Below, in pieces: positions 25,577-31,736 of a stretch of DNA of 31,736 bases. The DNA comes from a virus. Taxonomy: Duplodnaviria > Caudoviricetes. Location of the stretch: positions 1 to 31,736 of the IMG/VR virus record IMGVR_UViG_3300020045_004363. One strand, given 5' to 3'. Made by a program: the position numbers and the translations under genes. Each line of letters begins with the position of its first letter. Positions within the stretch are counted from its first letter, which is position 1. The notes under the pieces are model-generated. The model searched no databases. It was given only the letters and a program-made list of their open reading frames with translations, and was not told the origin of the DNA.

Positions 25577-26302
25577 TTAATTACCTACTAACAGGTCAGC
25601 GTAGGTATATGTATAAGGAGGTCTGCCGGAAGGAATAGCCCCATCAACACCAATGGTTTGGAATACTGTGTTTTGACGCTTAACGTCTGCTAATGAATCT
25701 TTAGCAATTTTAGCTACTTCTGCCGATATAGACACACCATATTCAGGCGCTAAGTCAATCGCTAAATTATAACGAAGCATTCTTAAATAGCCGGGAGGCA
25801 AGGTTATCGCCGTATCTAAAGCGAAAGTGCTGATATATGACTGATAATAAATAGTCGCACCGTAACTAGCAGATGAAGGCACAGGCCAAAAAGTAAGGTC
25901 TTTAGAATTATTAGCTTGTTGCTCGATTAAAACATAAAAAGGTATTGGGCTTGCGGTATCTTTTAAAACAATAGCCGAATAATCTTTATCAGTAATAATC
26001 ACGCAAGGAAGGTCAATCTCGTTATCAATATCTCGGATAGTTACATTAACAATTTCAACCGGTGGGGTAGCTATAGCGAAATCACCGCCAGTACCAAAAG
26101 TATAAGTAGCCTGATTACCAATAAACGGATATGTCTGACTAAGAGTCTGATAGGAAATTAAATCTTGCAGGTTGAGAGAGTCTTTTAACTCATTTAATGA
26201 TGCAAGAGCATCGTTAATTTCATCGGCAGATGGATTCTCTCCTGCTTCGTAAACACCTAAAAGCCTAAAAGCACCTTTTATTAAATCTCTTCCTGTAGCC
26301 AT
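25577..26302 (-). CDS. Head-tail adaptor (P22 gp4-like)
   Basis: TGRDLIKGAFRLLGV...GE.P, FWPVP and LPPGY..MLRYNLAIDLAPEYG motifs. Confidence 0.85.
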   Translation of the reverse strand: MATGRDLIKGAFRLLGVYEAGENPSADEINDALASLNELKDSLNLQDLISYQTLSQTYPFIGNQATYTFGTGGDFAIATPPVEIVNVTIRDIDNEIDLPCVIITDKDYSAIVLKDTASPIPFYVLIEQQANNSKDLTFWPVPSSASYGATIYYQSYISTFALDTAITLPPGYLRMLRYNLAIDLAPEYGVSISAEVAKIAKDSLADVKRQNTVFQTIGVDGAIPSGRPPYTYTYADLLVGN

Positions 26303-27032
26303 TTAATTTCTCTCTTAACGCATTAGCAAAAGACTCATTAGTTTTTAATCCGCCATGAACACCATCAGATGCCTTATCGCATTGAAACTGAATTATTGAT
26401 AGCGGGCATAAATCAATCATATCGGCTATCAACTTTAATTCAGTGTTCAAGTTATCAAGTTTTTCAACACACATCATAATTAACGGTATGTTTTTTGTTT
26501 TACAGTAAAACTGAAGTAATAGCATTTGTGTTAGCGTATTTGCTTTCCCTTCAATCTGCGTATAGTGCTTGTAATAACTTGCCGCCCAACTTTTAACTTC
26601 TTCAACCTTGTCTGCGTATTTGTCACCAAGATTGTCTATATCTAATACCCATTTACCAACCGGCGCGTGACAAAAAATCTCATTCTCAAACCAGTAATCG
26701 ACGCGCTCAAAATAACTAAAATGTGCAATCACTAACTCTGGTTTATGCAATTCACACTGAGCGATAAGTGTGCGGGCTATGTAGGCGTTTCCTGCGCCGC
26801 CCTCGCTAAAGTTAAGGTGATTCTTTCCTAACTTAAACGCCCATGTATCTTCATAATCTAACCCAATCCCAAGCGTGTGACTGCAACCACAAATATAAGT
26901 TATCGGTTTACTTAAATCGTGGTTAGTTTCCCGATAACCGTATTCGTTAAAGTTGTACGTGCCTTTGCTCTGCCCGTAAGCACTCGCTTTTCCTTCCCAA
27001 TGTCTTTGTATAGACCCACTATATTTGTTCAT
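26265..27032 (-). CDS. SGNH/GDSL hydrolase-like protein
   Basis: ICGCSHTLG (block I Ser), NFSEGGAGN (block II), DGVH (DxxH). Confidence 0.65.
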   Translation of the reverse strand: MNKYSGSIQRHWEGKASAYGQSKGTYNFNEYGYRETNHDLSKPITYICGCSHTLGIGLDYEDTWAFKLGKNHLNFSEGGAGNAYIARTLIAQCELHKPELVIAHFSYFERVDYWFENEIFCHAPVGKWVLDIDNLGDKYADKVEEVKSWAASYYKHYTQIEGKANTLTQMLLLQFYCKTKNIPLIMMCVEKLDNLNTELKLIADMIDLCPLSIIQFQCDKASDGVHGGLKTNESFANALREKLNGYRKRFNKRCF

Positions 27033-27130
27033 TAAAAAATCGGATAAATTGACTTCTTCTTAGTTTTGTTAGCTCTGTAACTAACAAAAATCCAAATTAA
27101 TAAAATAAGCACCGCTCCTAAAGCTATCAT
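27032..27130 (-). CDS. Small membrane protein (32 aa)
   Basis: MIALGAVLILLIWIFVSYRANKTKKKSIYPIF; TGATG and TAATG coupling on either side. Confidence 0.55.
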   Translation of the reverse strand: MIALGAVLILLIWIFVSYRANKTKKKSIYPIF

Positions 27131-27981
27131 CAAGGCGCTTCTACAATTGTGTACGGATTGCCCTTAGCTGTACAAAATCCGTACCATAACTGGTTAGTGT
27201 CGATCTGGTCTAATTGCATTGTGGTTTCAACGCTATACCCGTAGTCGTTGTGATAACGGATCGCCGCCATTATTTGTGCGCCAACTCTGTCAGGCACAAC
27301 GGCAGTATTCCCCCACGCAAATATCTCAATCGGGTCTGTACCTTCTTGTATTAACCAAACGTACTCTAAATAAGTCGGTTGGTTTGTGAGCAATGAAGAT
27401 GTGCCCGGCTGAAAAATAACCGGAGTGACAGTTGCGCCTACCCAAGTCCTGATATTTTGATCGACTGCTTCAGTAACAATAAGCGATAAATTAGCACCGA
27501 CCACCGCATTATCAACACCATCAAATTCGTCGCAAAACATCTCGCAGATACCAGTAACTCCAATCGCTGTTAAAACAGGCTCGGGGGCTAAACATCTGCC
27601 GCCAACAAAAAATTTATAATCCTGCGCTTGCAAAACTCCAACACCGCCAAAACTAATGCCGATATTTTCATCAGCATAAGGCGCTTCGTTGCTTGTATTC
27701 ATATGGTCGTAAACAAGGCCTGTATAAAAACCATCCTTGTCTTTAGCACATTTTGCAGTGTTGAAATATAAATTTCCATCAGATACTGAGTATTGCTCAT
27801 AGATAGACCAACCGGCACCAAACTCAGGAGCTATAGTGCCTGAGTTGAACACTCCACCATTTACAGATGAGCCTGATTCGATTGCTATACCTCTAACTAA
27901 ATAAGTATCAATAGACTCAGCTTCAGTTTCTATAAACGGATATTCTAAATCTTCTGTAGTTGTTAACGGTCCTTCAGTCAT
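27130..27981 (-). CDS. Putative virion decoration protein 3
   Basis: Shares the N-terminal YPFIETEAE motif with the two upstream genes. Confidence 0.6.
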   Translation of the reverse strand: MTEGPLTTTEDLEYPFIETEAESIDTYLVRGIAIESGSSVNGGVFNSGTIAPEFGAGWSIYEQYSVSDGNLYFNTAKCAKDKDGFYTGLVYDHMNTSNEAPYADENIGISFGGVGVLQAQDYKFFVGGRCLAPEPVLTAIGVTGICEMFCDEFDGVDNAVVGANLSLIVTEAVDQNIRTWVGATVTPVIFQPGTSSLLTNQPTYLEYVWLIQEGTDPIEIFAWGNTAVVPDRVGAQIMAAIRYHNDYGYSVETTMQLDQIDTNQLWYGFCTAKGNPYTIVEAP

Positions 27982-27992
27982 TTAATCACCTA

Positions 27993-28730
27993 TTAAGCAG
28001 CAGTAGTAATAGCAGTCCAAGTAGTACCCGCGTCAGTATTAACATATACGCGGTCATTAGTAGTTGAACCATCAGTACGCATATACAAACTACCTTTTGC
28101 TGCTGTAATTGATGGTGCACCTGAGCCAAAGAAAATACCAAGCCCTGCATTACCAAGAACAACACCAGCAGTAGCAAATCCACCAGCAGTAGCAGGAGTT
28201 GCGCTTAACGCTGTTACAGATGATGTTAATACCGCAGAAGTACCTGTAGCAGCACCAATCGCAGGTGTAACTAAAGTAGGAGTATTAGCAAATACCAAAG
28301 CTCCTGTACCCGTTTCATCACTAATAACACCAGCAAGCTCAGCAGACGTTGTAGCCGCAAATGCGTCTAATTTATTTGCTGTATAAGCAACAGTACCACC
28401 AGTACCGCAAGCAACAGAGCTTCCATCAGTTCCGGTAAAAGTAAGAGTATTACTTACCGTAGCAGTTTTACCATTAGCAACCGTTAAAGTAGCAGACGTA
28501 GCAGGGGCAGTAATCGTTACTTTGTTCACAGACGTAGCAGTAGCAACACCTATAGTTGGTGTAACAAGCGTAGGCGACGTAGCTAACACCATAGCGCCTG
28601 TACCTGTTTGCGTAGCCGGTAAATTCTGTATTGCCGCAAAGTCAGCAGCCGAAACTCCAACGCTTTCTAACTCCGTTTCAACAAACGGATAAGTAACCTC
28701 AGTTGTAGTAGTATAAGGAACACTAGCCAT
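27993..28730 (-). CDS. Putative head fibre/decoration protein 2
   Basis: Thr/Ala-rich with repeated TGTGA.V.A..PTLVTP.IG.AT units; GSGAP...KGSLY C-terminal domain. Confidence 0.75.
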   Translation of the reverse strand: MASVPYTTTTEVTYPFVETELESVGVSAADFAAIQNLPATQTGTGAMVLATSPTLVTPTIGVATATSVNKVTITAPATSATLTVANGKTATVSNTLTFTGTDGSSVACGTGGTVAYTANKLDAFAATTSAELAGVISDETGTGALVFANTPTLVTPAIGAATGTSAVLTSSVTALSATPATAGGFATAGVVLGNAGLGIFFGSGAPSITAAKGSLYMRTDGSTTNDRVYVNTDAGTTWTAITTAA

Positions 28731-28743
28731 GATTTATCTCCAA

Positions 28744-28962
28744 TTAAGATGCTGTAGTAACAGCAACCCAAGTCGTAGAACCTGTGCTGTTAATGTACAA
28801 ACGAGTGCTTGAGCTAGAGCCATCTGTGCGGATATACAAACTACCTTTCTCGGCAGATGCGCTTGGCGCGCCTGAGCCTGATGTGATAGTAATACCACCA
28901 GTGTTTTCAAGTTCCTCTAAAACAAAAGGATATTCAACTGTTTCTGTAACTGTATTAACCAT
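28744..28962 (-). CDS. Putative head decoration protein 1 (72 aa)
   Basis: AGGAG RBS; YPFVLEELE N-terminal motif and GSGAPS...KGSLYIRTDG domain. Confidence 0.75.
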   Translation of the reverse strand: MVNTVTETVEYPFVLEELENTGGITITSGSGAPSASAEKGSLYIRTDGSSSSTRLYINSTGSTTWVAVTTAS

Positions 28963-28974
28963 TTTAATTCTCCT

Positions 28975-29001
28975 AAAAAAAGGGGAGGAATTACCCTCCC
29001 C
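28975..29001 (-). terminator. Intrinsic terminator following the coat gene stop
   Basis: GGGGAGGG-TAAT-TCCTCCCC followed by T7 on the - strand. Confidence 0.9.
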
Positions 29002-29012
29002 ATATTATATTA

Positions 29013-29045
29013 TTAACTGCAAATACGGCAAGCTAATTCAGGTCT
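29013..29045 (-). pseudogene. Detached C-terminal fragment of the major coat protein (RPELACRICS*)
   Basis: AGA CCT GAA TTA GCT TGC CGT ATT TGC AGT TAA TAA; RPELACRI is a typical P22-like coat C-terminus; a terminator follows. Confidence 0.8.
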
Positions 29046-29759
29046 ATGCGTTATATGGGTAAGGTTATACTTGGGATGATTCCGTCTATTTATGATACAG
29101 CAAGAGTTGTGAGAATAATCGGTGAAGATGGTACAGAGGATCAAGTAGGTCTAAATACACCAACCAAATATAAAGGTATCGAGCGCATATTTGACCCGTC
29201 TGTAGGTAAGTATGACGTAGTGGTTAATGTCGGACCATCTTACACAACACAACGTCAAGAGTCAGTTGAGTCAATGATGAGCTTAATGAATAGCGCGCCT
29301 GAAGTTATGTCTGTTGCGGCTGATTTAATGGTTAGGAATATGGACTGGCCGGGTGCTAGACAAATTGCAGACAGGCTAAAACGTGCAGTACCACCACAAT
29401 TATTAGGTGACGATGAAGAAGAAGATATACCGCCTCAAGCTATGGCTAAAATGCAAGAAATGGAGCAACACTTACAAGCACTTAACGCCCATGCCGAGCA
29501 AATAGAGCAACAAGCACAGCAATTAGCCCAAGAAAACGAACAGTTGAAAATGCAATCGCAAGACAAGCATGAAGAGATGATGCTTAAAAACAAAGAGTTA
29601 GAGGCTGATATTGCGTTAAAAATGCGCGAATTGCAGATAAAAGAGGCTGAGCTAGAGATTAAAAACTCTGAGTTGGAGATTAAAGAGGCTGAAACTCTTA
29701 TCAAGGCTCATACAGCATCACAGCCTAAAAACAATGTGTTGCAAAATACGAAACAATGA
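29040..29759 (+). pseudogene. C-terminal part of a P22-like portal protein (N-terminal part missing at the inversion junction)
   Basis: RSMRYMGKVILGMIPSIYDTARVVRIIGEDG, GKYDVVVNVGPSYTTQRQE and NMDWPGA motifs plus a coiled-coil tail; no RBS; in-frame TAA just upstream. Confidence 0.88.
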
Positions 29760-29791
29760 TCTAAAATGTTAGTTAGTGAGTAATCACTAAC
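29739..29791 (+). promoter_or_regulatory. Sigma70 promoter with a palindromic operator upstream of the scaffold gene
   Basis: TTGCAA-17 bp-TAAAAT (29739-29767); GTTAGTGA-GTAA-TCACTAAC at 29772-29791. Confidence 0.65.
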
Positions 29792-29832
29792 CTTATCGGC
29801 TAGGTAAACCGAGCAAATTCTTGGAGCAATCC

Positions 29833-30738
29833 ATGTCAGATGAAATAGATGTAGTGGTAACTCAACCAATTACACGGTTGCAACAGATTGAACAATCTCT
29901 AGTCACTGAATTAGAGAGAGAACAAACCGAAGCAGAACCTGTAGAAACTGAGGAAACCGAAGCCGCGCCTGAAACTGTTGACGAAGGCGAAACGAATACC
30001 GAAGATTCGGCTCCTGAGGAAGAAGATGTTGAACAGGAAGAACGGCCTAAAAAGTCAAAAGGCGGTGGATTCCAAAAGCGTATTGACAAGCTAACCAAAA
30101 AGGCTAGTGAGTTAGAAAGGCAGTTAGAAGCTGAACGTGCTGAAAAAGCGCAGTTATTAGCAAACAAACCGCCAGAAGCGCAAAAGGCACCCACTGATGA
30201 CGGGGCACCAAACCCTGAAGAGTTTGATACTTACGCTGAATACAATCGCGCTTTAGTCAGATTTGAGGCTAGGCAGATTAGGGAAGAGGAAAAGCGGCAA
30301 GAAGCCCAACAGCGTATAAATGCGGAATTAGCAGATGCCGGTAAGAAGTTTGAAGAAAAACTTAAGGCAGTAGCTAAAACGCATGATGATTTTGATGAGG
30401 TATTTGACCCTGACCTAACGGTTAATGGGGCTATGCAAGCAGTAATGCTAGATTCCGATGTAGGTGCTGAGATAGCTTATTACCTATGCAAGAATCCTGA
30501 AGAAGCTGCTGAAATTGCCGCTATGAACCCGATACAGTCAGCAAGAAAAATGGCTCTCATTGAAGCTAAATTATCAAAGTCTGAAGAAACGCCTGAACAA
30601 CGGAAAAGAATTAGTAAAGCGCCAACTCCTGTAAACACAACAGGTGGTACATCAAATGCTAGTGGTGGTAAAGACCCTAACAAAATGTCCCCTGAAGAAT
30701 TTGGAGTTTGGTTTAAAAAAACTTATGGTAGACGTTAA
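29833..30738 (+). CDS. Capsid scaffolding protein
   Basis: Acidic N-terminus; QKRIDKLT, PNPEEFD..EY, GAEIAYYL.KNPEEA and SKAPTP motifs; lies between portal and coat; GGAG RBS before ATG 29833. Confidence 0.9.
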   Translation: MSDEIDVVVTQPITRLQQIEQSLVTELEREQTEAEPVETEETEAAPETVDEGETNTEDSAPEEEDVEQEERPKKSKGGGFQKRIDKLTKKASELERQLEAERAEKAQLLANKPPEAQKAPTDDGAPNPEEFDTYAEYNRALVRFEARQIREEEKRQEAQQRINAELADAGKKFEEKLKAVAKTHDDFDEVFDPDLTVNGAMQAVMLDSDVGAEIAYYLCKNPEEAAEIAAMNPIQSARKMALIEAKLSKSEETPEQRKRISKAPTPVNTTGGTSNASGGKDPNKMSPEEFGVWFKKTYGRR

Positions 30739-30764
30739 AAACTTTGGTTTAGGAGAAAACTGAC

Positions 30765-31736
30765 ATGGCCACAAATACATTTGTAACAATTAGTATGATT
30801 ACGCGCAGAGCGTTATCTGTACTTGAAAACTCGCTTACTTTCGCAAAAAACGTTAATCGTGATTATGACGATCAATTTGCTAAAACTGGCGCTAAAATTG
30901 GTAACACTTTAAACATACGCAAACCTGCACGGTTTTCTGGTCGTTCTGGTGCTACTTTATCGCCTGAAAACTACACAGAAACATATACCCCGTTGGTTTT
31001 AAGCAACCAATTCGGTGTTGACTTGGAAATGTCAAGCGTTAACAAAACTCTTGATTTTGACGACTATAGTGCTCGTATTATCGAACCTGCTGTAGCTCGT
31101 ATTGCCAACCAAATAGACCAAGACGGTATGCAACTCTACAAAGATGTATATCAAGCTGTTGGTACGCCGGGTACTGTTCCTGCTACTACTGCCGCTATGG
31201 GTATTTACCTTGATGCTGGTGTTAAGCTGAACAATGCTGCTGCTCCTATGGCTCCGATGCGTAGTTTGGTTATTAACCCGCAAATGCAAGCTAGTGCTGT
31301 TGCTGCGTTCTCAAACTTGTTCCAATCATCTGCTCAATTAAAAGAGCAATATGAAACAGGTAGCATGGGATTAGCATTGGGCTTTAACTGGTTTATGGAT
31401 CAAAACACTGCCGTTCATACGGTTGGTAACTTGGGTGGTGCCGGAGAAATGAATGGCGCTACTTCATCTGGTGCTACTACGTTAGTAACGGATGGTTGGT
31501 CAAATAGTATTACTGACCTGTTAAAAGAAGGTGACATTATTACTGTTGAAGGAGTATATGCTCTTAATCCGCAAAGCTATCAAAGCACTGGTCAATTACA
31601 GCAATTTGTTGTAACGGCTGACGTTGACTCTGATGGTAGTGGTAATGCTACTATTCCTATTAGCCCAACAATCGTATCTGCGGGTGCTTTTAGAAACGTA
31701 GATTCCTTACCGGCTGATGGTGCAAACATCACTGTA
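30765..31736 (+). CDS. Major capsid protein (P22 gp5 coat family), runs off the window
   Basis: AGGAG RBS; MATNTFVTISMITRRALSVLENSLTFAKNVNRDYDDQFAKTGAKIGNTLNIRKPARF.... Absent from the ORF track because there is no stop within the window. Confidence 0.93.
   Translation, partial: MATNTFVTISMITRRALSVLENSLTFAKNVNRDYDDQFAKTGAKIGNTLNIRKPARFSGRSGATLSPENYTETYTPLVLSNQFGVDLEMSSVNKTLDFDDYSARIIEPAVARIANQIDQDGMQLYKDVYQAVGTPGTVPATTAAMGIYLDAGVKLNNAAAPMAPMRSLVINPQMQASAVAAFSNLFQSSAQLKEQYETGSMGLALGFNWFMDQNTAVHTVGNLGGAGEMNGATSSGATTLVTDGWSNSITDLLKEGDIITVEGVYALNPQSYQSTGQLQQFVVTADVDSDGSGNATIPISPTIVSAGAFRNVDSLPADGANITV

Noticed and set aside
29046-29759. Complete stand-alone 237-aa gene
   Set aside because: It starts mid-domain in a portal protein with no RBS, at the inversion junction.
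16418-31289. Antisense and alternate-frame ORFs in the track (e.g. 16418, 19006, 19411, 19915, 27986, 29435, 29862, 31032)
   Set aside because: Fully overlap well-supported genes, lack RBS and have shadow-like composition.

Overview
This window is part of an AT-rich tailed phage or prophage with a P22-like (podovirus-type) virion module; a gammaproteobacterial host is inferred. From left to right it holds five blocks. (1) A + strand array of small accessory genes (1-6856), interrupted by an intact IS3-family element and joined by repeated gene-boundary sequences. (2) A - strand replication block (primase/VirE helicase, VRR-NUC nuclease, SF2 helicase, Cro-like HTH). (3) A + strand YqaJ/RecT recombination block. 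(4) A - strand late block (lysis, tail fibre, ejection proteins, gp10/gp4-like proteins, three related decoration proteins). (5) A portal-scaffold-coat segment that is inverted relative to the rest of the late operon, with a breakpoint at about 29040-29046. The most striking element is a cassette at about 9180-9876 (- strand). It has its own promoter and a DIP1984-like gene, followed by a ~290-nt structured RNA closed by a long terminal helix. That RNA contains a tRNA-Lys(UUU) core with a broken acceptor stem. Three premature stop codons, the IS insertion and the inversion suggest a decaying prophage or amplification/assembly artefacts. Family calls come from motif recognition by eye, not from database searches.
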